Of a stretch of DNA of 64,000 nt, positions 1-7,164 are shown in pieces. The notes under the pieces are model-generated. The model was given only the letters and a program-made list of their open reading frames with translations, searched no databases and was not told the DNA's origin. The DNA is from Escherichia phage vB_EcoM_G53. A program made the translations under genes and the position numbers. How positions within the stretch are numbered: position 1 is the stretch's first letter; every line of letters begins with the position of its first letter. The stretch lies in the sequence record MK327943.1. One strand, written 5' to 3'.

Positions 1-252
1 AAGTTTAGCATTACCCAAGATTCCGCGAACGGCTTTATCAATGTCTTCATTAAATAGCTTTTCAGCCTCATCAAGGGTAATTGTACCGTTGCATTTATGA
101 CCGATCATTCTGTCAAGTTCAGCTTTAGCTACGGCTAAAGACGGGTTCTTTGTTACCAAATGGCCTATGCCAATCGTCCAAAAGCCTTCGGTGTCTTTGT
201 ATAAAGTCAGTCTAAGACCTTCGTCATTACGAAGCATTTCAAATATATTCAT
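1..252 (-). CDS. e: endolysin (T4-type lysozyme e), N-terminal 84 codons; 3' end lies beyond the window start
   Basis: Minus-strand ATG at 252 reads [24 protein letters not shown], near-identical to the T4 lysozyme N-terminus; frame open to position 1. Confidence 0.9.
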   Translation of the reverse strand, partial: MNIFEMLRNDEGLRLTLYKDTEGFWTIGIGHLVTKNPSLAVAKAELDRMIGHKCNGTITLDEAEKLFNEDIDKAVRGILGNAKL

Positions 253-280
253 AATACCTCCCACGTTTATAGGAGGTATT
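253..280 (-). promoter_or_regulatory. stem-loop sequestering the Shine-Dalgarno of gene e (AAUACCUCC / GGAGGUAUU, 9-bp stem) with a late-promoter-like TATAAACG in the loop
   Basis: Perfect 9-bp inverted repeat 253-261 / 272-280 whose 3' arm is the GGAGG of the e RBS; T4 is known to control lysozyme translation this way. Confidence 0.55.
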
Positions 281-286
281 TATTAC

Positions 287-745
287 TTATAGGAGTGTAG
301 TGAGCACCTTATATAATGATTTACCCATTACATATTCCCATTGAGAAGGTTTAATTAAAGCGAATGCATCAAATTCAGGAATCTGTCGTCCGTCTGGGAA
401 TGTATGATAGGAATTACAAACACTGTTTCTGAATTGCTCGTGCTCTACAGGGATGGTATATAGGAACAGATGAATATTCTTATTGTCTGAGTAATGATGT
501 TCACCTAGGTCTTTCAGGAAGGCAGGGTCATATTGTGTAAACCCGGTTTCTTCTTCGCATTCGCGAATAGCGGCTTCAATAGGAGATTCGCCAGGTTCGA
601 CACGGCCTTTAGGAATATCCCACCGATGAGCTAATGCACCTTTAGGACGAGAACCAGTTACACGGCCCATGAATAACTCTTTATCTTTTGACATGAAGAT
701 AATACCGGCTGATAGCTCTTTCACTTTATTTTTCTTACTCATCAT
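287..745 (-). CDS. nudE: Nudix hydrolase NudE
   Basis: 152 aa; Nudix box GRVEPGESPIEAAIRECEEETG; directly after e as in T4. Confidence 0.85.
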   Translation of the reverse strand: MMSKKNKVKELSAGIIFMSKDKELFMGRVTGSRPKGALAHRWDIPKGRVEPGESPIEAAIRECEEETGFTQYDPAFLKDLGEHHYSDNKNIHLFLYTIPVEHEQFRNSVCNSYHTFPDGRQIPEFDAFALIKPSQWEYVMGKSLYKVLTTLL

Positions 746-971
746 CTCGGTCCCATGATTTGGCCATTAATTCGGACATAAATTCTTCAATGCGCGTTTC
801 TTTAGATGGACTTTCACTATTAGAGACCGCAAGTTTGTAATCTGCAATAGGACAGAACATATCAAGGTCCATATTAAGGTCGTCTTTGATTTTTTCTTCT
901 GACACATCTTTATCGTATGTGTACAGATAACTATCACATGATTCTGATTTAATGTAAATTGCTATACTCAT
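735..971 (-). CDS. hypothetical protein (78 aa)
   Basis: ORF track 735..986; start moved to ATG 971 (SD AGGAA, ATGA overlap with upstream stop). Confidence 0.5.
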   Translation of the reverse strand: MSIAIYIKSESCDSYLYTYDKDVSEEKIKDDLNMDLDMFCPIADYKLAVSNSESPSKETRIEEFMSELMAKSWDRDDE

Positions 972-1447
972 CTCAAATTCCTGCATTCGGTAATAAAACG
1001 TTCAACTTCATTATTCTTGGCTTTTATCTTGTCTTTATGTTCTTGTAAACTACTTTTAATAAGATTAATAATGATAGCGACGGTGCCGCCGCCAATGATG
1101 CCACCAATAATACTTACGATAGTAGATGCTAATAAGATAGCAATAATATCAACAAAACCGAAAGAACTCACCTTAGTACTAAAAAACCATACCGACGGTA
1201 CAAATATAATCCATCCTGTTATCCATTGGCACTTATTGAAAAACTTTTCAAGCTCAGCTTGAGTTGTTCGTATTACTTCATCGATAGGTTGATATCCATT
1301 AATGTATCTGTTCACGATAATACCTGCTGGCTGGTCGATTTTAAATTCTTGGCAAATATGTTTCACTAAGTAGGATGGACATCCTGTCCAATCTACTGAA
1401 TAGTATGAAATACCTTCGTTGCCATCGTCTATATTATTGTTAATCAT
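968..1447 (-). CDS. small membrane protein with C-terminal ExFIxECR tail (family member 1)
   Basis: 159 aa; hydrophobic stretches WIIFVPSVWFF and IIAILLASTIVSIIGGIIGGGTVAIIINLI; ends ERFITECRNLR; TAATG overlap with upstream gene. Confidence 0.55.
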   Translation of the reverse strand: MINNNIDDGNEGISYYSVDWTGCPSYLVKHICQEFKIDQPAGIIVNRYINGYQPIDEVIRTTQAELEKFFNKCQWITGWIIFVPSVWFFSTKVSSFGFVDIIAILLASTIVSIIGGIIGGGTVAIIINLIKSSLQEHKDKIKAKNNEVERFITECRNLR

Positions 1448-2133
1448 TACCAGCCTTCCATAGGGAATTCCAGATAAACTTGAGCATTGACACGAATTTC
1501 ATTGGTAATCTTTTTAACTCGGTCTGTATTACGAGATACACGTCCGAACCAACGCCATCCATTACTAATTGCACGAGAACCAGTGTGCCATGTTTGCCAA
1601 TCAAACTGAAGAAGAGTACGGTCTGGAGCTTCCCATTTCTCTAGTTCACCTTTTTCAATTTTTTCGAGGACTTCTTTGTGCCACTGACGATAGATAAGTT
1701 CGCCATCAGGAATCTGACTGAACTCTGCAGTTCCTGTTGCAAAATGAGTAGGACACACATCAGCGTTAACAAGACCAAGAATATGTTCAGAATGGTAACG
1801 AGGGTTGTCATAGTCAGGTTGTCCTGCAGTAATAAAGTGTTGTCCAACTGGAATATCAGGGCGTGGAACATCGTCATGGTGATATCCAGGAATAGCAGGG
1901 TACCAACCAGGCATCAGCATATGAACCCGAGAATCAAATACAACATGTTGATTAGTCCAATCAATTGGGAGATTGGCAATAAAGCTACGAGTGATTGAGC
2001 CACCATTATCCCAAGCAAAACCCAAATCACAATTAAAGAACATTGGTTCATTTTTGATTCGGTCATTTTGTACGTTATGTGCAAAACTACCAACTGCACG
2101 AGCTTGACTATTAAACACTTTAGAACTATTCAT
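1447..2133 (-). CDS. hypothetical protein (228 aa); tentative 2OG-Fe(II) oxygenase-like residue pattern
   Basis: Long ORF with ATG and coupling to flanking genes; HHDD ... WHTGSR ... GRVSR pattern loosely resembles HxD...H...RxS; not verified. Confidence 0.55.
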   Translation of the reverse strand: MNSSKVFNSQARAVGSFAHNVQNDRIKNEPMFFNCDLGFAWDNGGSITRSFIANLPIDWTNQHVVFDSRVHMLMPGWYPAIPGYHHDDVPRPDIPVGQHFITAGQPDYDNPRYHSEHILGLVNADVCPTHFATGTAEFSQIPDGELIYRQWHKEVLEKIEKGELEKWEAPDRTLLQFDWQTWHTGSRAISNGWRWFGRVSRNTDRVKKITNEIRVNAQVYLEFPMEGW

Positions 2134-2134
2134 A

Positions 2135-2440
2135 TTATTTTCCTCGACATTCTTTAATGAAATTTTCTAGATTGGTAGATTCAATAGCTTTTTTACGAGC
2201 TTCTGTGTGTTCTTCTTCGGACAATTTACGTTTATAATTGACCCAGACATTATGGTCGAAACCAGACGTGGCATATAATAACAAAGCTCCAACGAATAGC
2301 AAAAATGGTGATAAAAATATACAACCAGGAACACCATCCATACTGTAAGCCTTTTGTAATACTGCAACAGAAAGAGTTGCGTAAAAAGGTGATGCAAGTA
2401 TTGTTAAAAGGCCAATTCGGTTGGTTTCGCCTAATTTCAT
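2135..2440 (-). CDS. small membrane protein with C-terminal ExFIxECR tail (family member 2)
   Basis: 101 aa; two hydrophobic segments; ends LENFIKECRGK; first gene after PeSL promoter at 2461-2498. Confidence 0.55.
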   Translation of the reverse strand: MKLGETNRIGLLTILASPFYATLSVAVLQKAYSMDGVPGCIFLSPFLLFVGALLLYATSGFDHNVWVNYKRKLSEEEHTEARKKAIESTNLENFIKECRGK

Positions 2441-2460
2441 AATATTCTCCTCATGTTTTA

Positions 2461-2498
2461 ATAGGACTACTATAATATAGCCCTATCAGTTTGTACAC
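2461..2498 (-). promoter_or_regulatory. early promoter with inverted repeat (PeSL-type), weaker -35 (TGTACA)
   Basis: Minus strand TGTACA-N17-TATAGT; inverted repeat ATAGGACT / AGCCCTAT brackets the -10. Confidence 0.45.
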
Positions 2499-2699
2499 TT
2501 ATTTTGACATTTCTTCGATGTCACGACGATACCCATCACGAACTTCACGAAGAGCTTCAAGGCCACACATAGGCTCGATACCAGTAATGTGAACTTGATT
2601 AATCTGATACTCTACATCTTCTAACTGAGCGAAAACATAACGACGTTCTGCTGCACAACCAGGTTTAGCTTTACCGAAACGTTTATTCAAAGTAGTCAT
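2499..2699 (-). CDS. hypothetical protein (66 aa)
   Basis: ORF track 2499..2717; start placed at ATG 2699 preceded by GGAG; lies between two PeSL promoters. Confidence 0.5.
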   Translation of the reverse strand: MTTLNKRFGKAKPGCAAERRYVFAQLEDVEYQINQVHITGIEPMCGLEALREVRDGYRRDIEEMSK

Positions 2700-2728
2700 T
2701 TTTATATCTCCATTCACTCATTTGTTTT

Positions 2729-2766
2729 GATAGGTCTATAGTATCAACAACTACAGACCTTGTAAA
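2729..2766 (-). promoter_or_regulatory. early promoter (PeSL-type)
   Basis: Minus strand TTTACA (2761-2766) - 17 bp - TACTAT (2738-2743); short inverted repeat TGATA / TATCA around the -10. Confidence 0.6.
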
Positions 2767-2779
2767 CTGTTTTGCGAAA

Positions 2780-3736
2780 TTATTTGAAAGGTTTTACCAT
2801 ATGGAAATTTTGTTTGAAACGTTTGACGTAATCGTCGTGTCCTAAGCTTTGGTACATACTTACTACTTTGCTATAATTTTCCCAAGCGAACTCACGGAAC
2901 CATCCTGATGTGATTGATGTACAGACCTTTTCAAGGGCCATCATAAAACTATCACGTGGATGGATTTTAAAGTCGTTAGGAATCTGTGAACGTTCAAGAG
3001 CTAATACACAAGCTTCTTCATATACACCGGCTAATTTAACCATTTCTGGTAATGATTCGAACTTCTCGCGTGATGTCATAACTTCTGAGCCTTCTTTCAT
3101 ATAAAACTTATAAGCAGGCTGGTCAGTTAGTGCAATGGCTTCATGGATAGTATCATGGTCATACGTATAGATGTCATCTTTAAAGAACGCACTTTTAGAA
3201 GTGTCAAGAACTGGGTGAGCATAATTCAAGGTTTCTTTCTGGCGTTTCAGCATAATTTCAGTAAGTTCATCGTTCAGTGTAACACCTTTACCACGAAGAT
3301 ACTGAATATGGTTCATAGTCTTTAAAAAGAATGGATTATTTTTCTTGAAACGATGAGACATCTTAATTGCAAGACATATCTCAGGAGTTGCCCAGTAAAA
3401 CCCGTTCAAACGGTCTTTAGTCAAATTTTTCTTGGCGTATTTTAAAAGGTCATAAGAAGACGTGAAATCTTCAGGAGTGAGTTCACCGACTAGTTCGCGA
3501 ACGTTAGTGAGAGCCGGAACGATGTATGCTTCAAAATGAGTTTCGCGTCCATTATGGAAGCATTTGAAAACTTGGACATCAGGGTTATCTTGGTGAACAT
3601 ATACACCCATCATTTGATTTTTGAATGCATTCCAAGAACCTTGGTCCGCAATAAAGTCCCAATCACTATTTTTAATAGCGCTAGAATCAATAAGACCGTG
3701 ATAGTGAAGTGCACGAGAACCAATAACTAACATCAT
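2780..3736 (-). CDS. hypothetical protein (318 aa); N-terminal GS...DWD is weakly nucleotidyltransferase-like
   Basis: Long ORF, SD GAGGAAAAT upstream of ATG 3736; motif IGSRALHYHG...SDWDF; no secure domain call. Confidence 0.6.
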   Translation of the reverse strand: MMLVIGSRALHYHGLIDSSAIKNSDWDFIADQGSWNAFKNQMMGVYVHQDNPDVQVFKCFHNGRETHFEAYIVPALTNVRELVGELTPEDFTSSYDLLKYAKKNLTKDRLNGFYWATPEICLAIKMSHRFKKNNPFFLKTMNHIQYLRGKGVTLNDELTEIMLKRQKETLNYAHPVLDTSKSAFFKDDIYTYDHDTIHEAIALTDQPAYKFYMKEGSEVMTSREKFESLPEMVKLAGVYEEACVLALERSQIPNDFKIHPRDSFMMALEKVCTSITSGWFREFAWENYSKVVSMYQSLGHDDYVKRFKQNFHMVKPFK

Positions 3737-3764
3737 AATATTTTCCTCGGATTAATTCATTAAC

Positions 3765-4004
3765 TTAAATTTCACGACATGCGATATTATATTCATCCCA
3801 GAGGTCATCATGTGAAGCCTCTACCAATGGAACGATTGTACCGTTTATGTCTTCATTATAAGGGCAAATTGTACAGTGCGCATCTTCGAATCGGATGCCT
3901 TTGTGTTCAGATTTTTTATAACGCATATCGAATATCTTTGCAAACTTTTCACGAGTAATGGTTTTACCAACCACTTTGGTTCCGATACTTTCGTAATAAA
4001 TCAT
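3765..4004 (-). CDS. hypothetical protein (79 aa), Cys/His-containing
   Basis: ORF track 3765..4016; ATG 4004 has GGAG 8 nt upstream while ATG 4016 has no SD; contains HCTICPYNED. Confidence 0.5.
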   Translation of the reverse strand: MIYYESIGTKVVGKTITREKFAKIFDMRYKKSEHKGIRFEDAHCTICPYNEDINGTIVPLVEASHDDLWDEYNIACREI

Positions 4005-4023
4005 TGTGGACTCCATTTGTTTT

Positions 4024-4061
4024 GATAGGACTACTATAACATAGCCCTATCTTGTTGTAAA
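4024..4061 (-). promoter_or_regulatory. early promoter (PeSL-type)
   Basis: Minus strand TTTACA (4056-4061) - 17 bp - TATAGT (4033-4038); inverted repeat ATAGGACT / AGCCCTAT brackets the -10. Confidence 0.65.
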
Positions 4062-4066
4062 CTGTT

Positions 4067-4264
4067 TTAGCAAGAATAACTAGATGATACCCAGCCTTGA
4101 ACAGTGATACTATTGTGGGATAATGAGATCGCGTCCTGGAGATTCAGACCTGCGTTATCTTCAATCCATAATGTAACTTCTTCGCGTTCTTCTGTTGCAA
4201 TTTGGAACAGGTTTTCCAGAGCAGCTACTGCCGTACGTACAGCACAATCTAATTCACGAGACAT
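4067..4264 (-). CDS. small protein, GxWVxSSxxC C-terminal family (paralog 3 of 3, 65 aa)
   Basis: Ends VQGWVSSSYSC; SD TAAGGAAAC overlapping upstream stop; third of three tandem paralogs. Confidence 0.55.
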   Translation of the reverse strand: MSRELDCAVRTAVAALENLFQIATEEREEVTLWIEDNAGLNLQDAISLSHNSITVQGWVSSSYSC

Positions 4265-4273
4265 ATTGTTTCC

Positions 4274-4546
4274 TTAGCAAGTGTGAGAAGATGCGACCCA
4301 ACCACCAGTTTCGAGGCTCAGGTTGTAGTCGTATTGGTAAACGTCAGCCCATTCAGCATAGCCGTTTTTTGTACAACGTTCAAGATCGGCTTTAAGATGT
4401 CCGGGTGAATGATAGGTTCCACCCATACCATAAGCTGGGTACAAGTTGAACGTTGTGTTTTGTTTATCAGCAATTTCTTTGGCAGCCTCAATAGCTGCAT
4501 AGATTTTTGCTACAGCTTCAGCCAGTTCGGTTTGTTCTTTAGACAT
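4274..4546 (-). CDS. small protein, GxWVxSSxxC C-terminal family (paralog 2 of 3, 90 aa)
   Basis: Ends TGGWVASSHTC; shares YGxGGTY with paralog 1; SD TAAGGAAT overlapping upstream stop. Confidence 0.55.
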   Translation of the reverse strand: MSKEQTELAEAVAKIYAAIEAAKEIADKQNTTFNLYPAYGMGGTYHSPGHLKADLERCTKNGYAEWADVYQYDYNLSLETGGWVASSHTC

Positions 4547-4555
4547 AACGATTCC

Positions 4556-4861
4556 TTAGCACAACGCAGAAGACGAAACCCAAGCACCTTCAGTAATAAC
4601 GTAACCATTACCTTCACGCTTAACATCGCCACCATTATTTTCAATTTCATCTTTCATCCACTGGGATACGATTTCACCCTTAGGATAATAAGTACGACCG
4701 CTACCATAATCACCTACAGAAAATGATACGGCATATTGGTCTGCGATCTTTGTTGCTTCTTCTTCGATACGTTCAGCTTGATTCAGAAGTTTATAAATTG
4801 CATCTGAAGCGGATTTGGCATCATTAAACTCTGGTACTTTAATTTCAATAATCTTACTCAT
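4556..4861 (-). CDS. small protein, GxWVxSSxxC C-terminal family (paralog 1 of 3, 101 aa)
   Basis: Ends EGAWVSSSALC; ATGA start/stop overlap with upstream membrane protein gene. Confidence 0.55.
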   Translation of the reverse strand: MSKIIEIKVPEFNDAKSASDAIYKLLNQAERIEEEATKIADQYAVSFSVGDYGSGRTYYPKGEIVSQWMKDEIENNGGDVKREGNGYVITEGAWVSSSALC

Positions 4862-5217
4862 TTTCTACATTCCTTAATAAAGTTTTCGATTGTTTCATTT
4901 TCACGTTTAGCTAGAAGTTCATTATAACTAATCATTTGAGAAGCGTAAATCTTTTTATTTTTCTTGTTATGGTTTATAAAATCGTAGTAAAAATAGACTA
5001 CAGTACAAAATGATGCGATGGATGCAAAGGCTTGGGTATACCGTAAGTCCTGCCATTGGTCTGTGAATCCACCAGTGTTCCCTATAAATCCTAACACAAC
5101 GCCGTCAATAAGAAATCCAACTAATCCAAAGGCAAATCCCATGCCAATACTCATAATAAAAATTAGAATGTTCTCACCAAGAGAAGGCCATACGGTTAAG
5201 AGTTGAGGCTTTTGCAT
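4858..5217 (-). CDS. small membrane protein with C-terminal ExFIxECR tail (family member 3)
   Basis: 119 aa; hydrophobic segments; ends IENFIKECRK; SD TTAAGGAAATAAG upstream. Confidence 0.55.
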   Translation of the reverse strand: MQKPQLLTVWPSLGENILIFIMSIGMGFAFGLVGFLIDGVVLGFIGNTGGFTDQWQDLRYTQAFASIASFCTVVYFYYDFINHNKKNKKIYASQMISYNELLAKRENETIENFIKECRK

Positions 5218-5591
5218 CTTATTTCCTTAACGAATTCCATAGCTTCTTCATATTCATACTTTTTAACAGCTTCATCATACTGAGCTTGGGCTTTTGCGCA
5301 CTGAACTTTCCATTCTCTTAATCGGGCTCTGTGATGACGGCCTTGGTGCCAATATCCTACCCAATTAATAGGCATTAATAAAAACGGTACAATAAGTGGT
5401 GCGACGAACATTAATGAAAATGCTGCATCAGACGATATAACTTCACTAGAATCTAAAACAGCTCCTATAATCATAAAGATTAAAAATGCTAAAGCTAAAA
5501 TAGGGCCAAATAATACTTCATTTGGGATTAATTTACGCTTGTATTCATACGCCCAGGGCTTACTTGGCATGTATAGGGTTGGCTTTGACAT
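5196..5591 (-). CDS. small membrane protein with ExFVKEIRC-type C-terminal tail (family member 4)
   Basis: ORF track 5196..5621; start moved to ATG 5591 (MSKPTLYM) just after the conserved tail codons of the upstream gene; hydrophobic segments. Confidence 0.5.
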   Translation of the reverse strand: MSKPTLYMPSKPWAYEYKRKLIPNEVLFGPILALAFLIFMIIGAVLDSSEVISSDAAFSLMFVAPLIVPFLLMPINWVGYWHQGRHHRARLREWKVQCAKAQAQYDEAVKKYEYEEAMEFVKEIRCKSLNS

Positions 5592-6162
5592 ATTCTCTAC
5601 ATTCCATAATAAATTGCTCAAGGATTAAATTGTTAGTGAAATTAGGACTAACAACCATAGTTTCATAAAGCGCATCAATAGCACTTAAAGCATCAACTCT
5701 TTTAAGCAAAGGCTTGCCTTCATACATAGTTTCAGAATCGATGATTAACGTAAAGTAATATTTTTTATTATCGACTAGAACTTCTGTATCGATATAAAAC
5801 ATATTAGACCTCAGAAGCTTATCTCTAAAGCCATAATAATCTTCAGAGCGTTCGCTGATATATTCCCATTCAGTGTTTAAACAACAAACAGACCACGTAG
5901 GAGCAACGAAATCAGTGAATCTAATATCATGGTCTGCAACTAGTTTAGCAATAGCTCCGATATCATGAATCATAATACCTGGGGCTAATAAAGATTTTCT
6001 GCTATGGCTAGCCGTTTTCTCGGTGGTCTCATAAGAAGACGACCAGTACCATTTACGTCCGGTTGCAACATATCGTAATGAATCAACTAAAGACGTAGGT
6101 GGATTTACCTTATCTCGGAACTCTTCGAACATTGAGTCAATATCATTATTTTGGTTTCGCAT
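5560..6162 (-). CDS. hypothetical protein (200 aa) with ExFIMECR motif near C-terminus
   Basis: ORF track 5560..6183 begins at TTG; ATG 6162 has a strong AAGGAG SD; contains LEQFIMECREY. Confidence 0.55.
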   Translation of the reverse strand: MRNQNNDIDSMFEEFRDKVNPPTSLVDSLRYVATGRKWYWSSSYETTEKTASHSRKSLLAPGIMIHDIGAIAKLVADHDIRFTDFVAPTWSVCCLNTEWEYISERSEDYYGFRDKLLRSNMFYIDTEVLVDNKKYYFTLIIDSETMYEGKPLLKRVDALSAIDALYETMVVSPNFTNNLILEQFIMECREYVKANPIHAK

Positions 6163-6181
6163 GTTAACTCCTTTATTATCC

Positions 6182-6203
6182 AAAAGGAGGACCGGAGTCC
6201 TCC
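6182..6203 (-). terminator. hairpin plus short U-run (weak terminator or attenuator) between operon genes
   Basis: GGAGGAC-CGGA-GTCCTCC perfect 7-bp stem followed by UUUU on the minus strand; sits in the leader of the next gene. Confidence 0.45.
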
Positions 6204-6211
6204 GTATTATT

Positions 6212-6805
6212 TTATTTCAAAGAGTTAATATATTCTTGTACATCAGCAGAAGTGGTTTCGACGCCGGCTGGAGTGCCATTGAACGTTTCAACACGAGTCA
6301 GAGTGTCTTCGATATCAACCTTAGTCAGTGCAGCTATTTCAATTACATCATCGGCCGTAGAGATACCAAGGGCATTAGCTGCTCGAGTTTCACGAATGTA
6401 TTCGAGTTTGATTGCCAGATTCTGACGAGCATCGTCAAGTTCAACCACCTTACGAGCAATTTCAATTCGCATAGCGGCATACCCGTCAGCTTTTGTATTA
6501 AGTTGTTCGGCAGTTCGACGATACAGAAGACCAAGCTTAGCATGCATAGTAACATCTTGTCCTTCAGCCAGGAGCTTACGAATTTCACGTTCCTTAGAAG
6601 CGGCTTGCTTGTTCTTTTCATTAACAAGTTCGCGAATACGTTTTTCTTCATTAATAGATTTAACAGAAGCCGTTTTTAGTTCTTTGATTTGGGTAATCAA
6701 CTTATCTGCAGCTGCGTTATACTGTTCTTCGACAGTCAGATTTTTAGCCATAGCAGTACCCAGTTTAGTGCGGATGAATTCAACAAGTTTCTTCAGTGTG
6801 TTCAT
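6212..6805 (-). CDS. coiled-coil protein (197 aa); weak resemblance to PspA/IM30-type proteins, unverified
   Basis: ORF track 6212..6820 begins at TTG; ATG 6805 preceded by AAGGT; Lys/Glu/Ala/Arg-rich heptad-like sequence; first gene after promoter at 6841-6875. Confidence 0.55.
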   Translation of the reverse strand: MNTLKKLVEFIRTKLGTAMAKNLTVEEQYNAAADKLITQIKELKTASVKSINEEKRIRELVNEKNKQAASKEREIRKLLAEGQDVTMHAKLGLLYRRTAEQLNTKADGYAAMRIEIARKVVELDDARQNLAIKLEYIRETRAANALGISTADDVIEIAALTKVDIEDTLTRVETFNGTPAGVETTSADVQEYINSLK

Positions 6806-6840
6806 ATTATTACCTTTCAATTGGTGGTTTATTATCCAAT

Positions 6841-6875
6841 GAGAGCATTATACTCTGCTCTCAAGAGTTTGTAAA
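6841..6875 (-). promoter_or_regulatory. early promoter (PeSL-type) with consensus -10
   Basis: Minus strand TTTACA (6870-6875) - 17 bp - TATAAT (6847-6852); inverted repeat GAGAGC / GCTCTC brackets the -10. Confidence 0.65.
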
Positions 6876-7103
6876 TTATTTTTTAATCAAATTGACATAA
6901 AACTTGGCGTCTTCTGGGTGCATGCCTTCGCAGTATTCTTCAACCATGAACTTCTTAACAGCTTCATAAGGACCACTCAGATTAAGCTCAGTTGTCCAGA
7001 ACTTGGAATCTTGGGCTGAATCGATATGAACTTCAGGGTGACGGTTGCGAATAACTTCTTCTGTGTATTCATAATCAACGACATCAATACTAACTTTAGC
7101 CAT
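6876..7103 (-). CDS. hypothetical protein (75 aa)
   Basis: ATG 7103 preceded by GAGAGGAAAA; single-gene cassette between two PeSL promoters. Confidence 0.5.
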   Translation of the reverse strand: MAKVSIDVVDYEYTEEVIRNRHPEVHIDSAQDSKFWTTELNLSGPYEAVKKFMVEEYCEGMHPEDAKFYVNLIKK

Positions 7104-7126
7104 TTTGTTTTCCTCTCATTTGATTT

Positions 7127-7164
7127 GATAGGTCTATAGTAACACCGTCCTTGGTGTTTGTACA
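7127..7164 (-). promoter_or_regulatory. early promoter (PeSL-type), weaker -35 (TGTACA)
   Basis: Minus strand TGTACA - 17 bp - TACTAT (7136-7141); TGATA / TATCA-type flanking repeat. Confidence 0.5.

Noticed and set aside
1017-1262. Plus-strand ORFs nested antisense inside minus-strand genes in the early region (for example 1017..1262, 1678..1998, 6161..6679, 8043..8411)
   Set aside because: No ribosome-binding sites, fully overlapped by minus-strand genes that have SDs, coupling and T4 synteny; typical antisense artefacts in AT-rich sequence
4067-4861. Idea that the three WVSSSxxC proteins are RiPP precursor peptides
   Set aside because: No modification enzyme gene nearby and the conserved part is the C-terminal tail while the rest varies; kept only as a remote possibility
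5560-6183. N-terminal extensions from the ORF track (TTG/GTG starts) for several genes, e.g. 5560..6183, 6212..6820, 14519..15112, 18105..20135, 59244..59609
   Set aside because: Internal ATG codons with proper Shine-Dalgarno spacing give lengths matching T4 orthologs and avoid overlapping promoters or tRNAs
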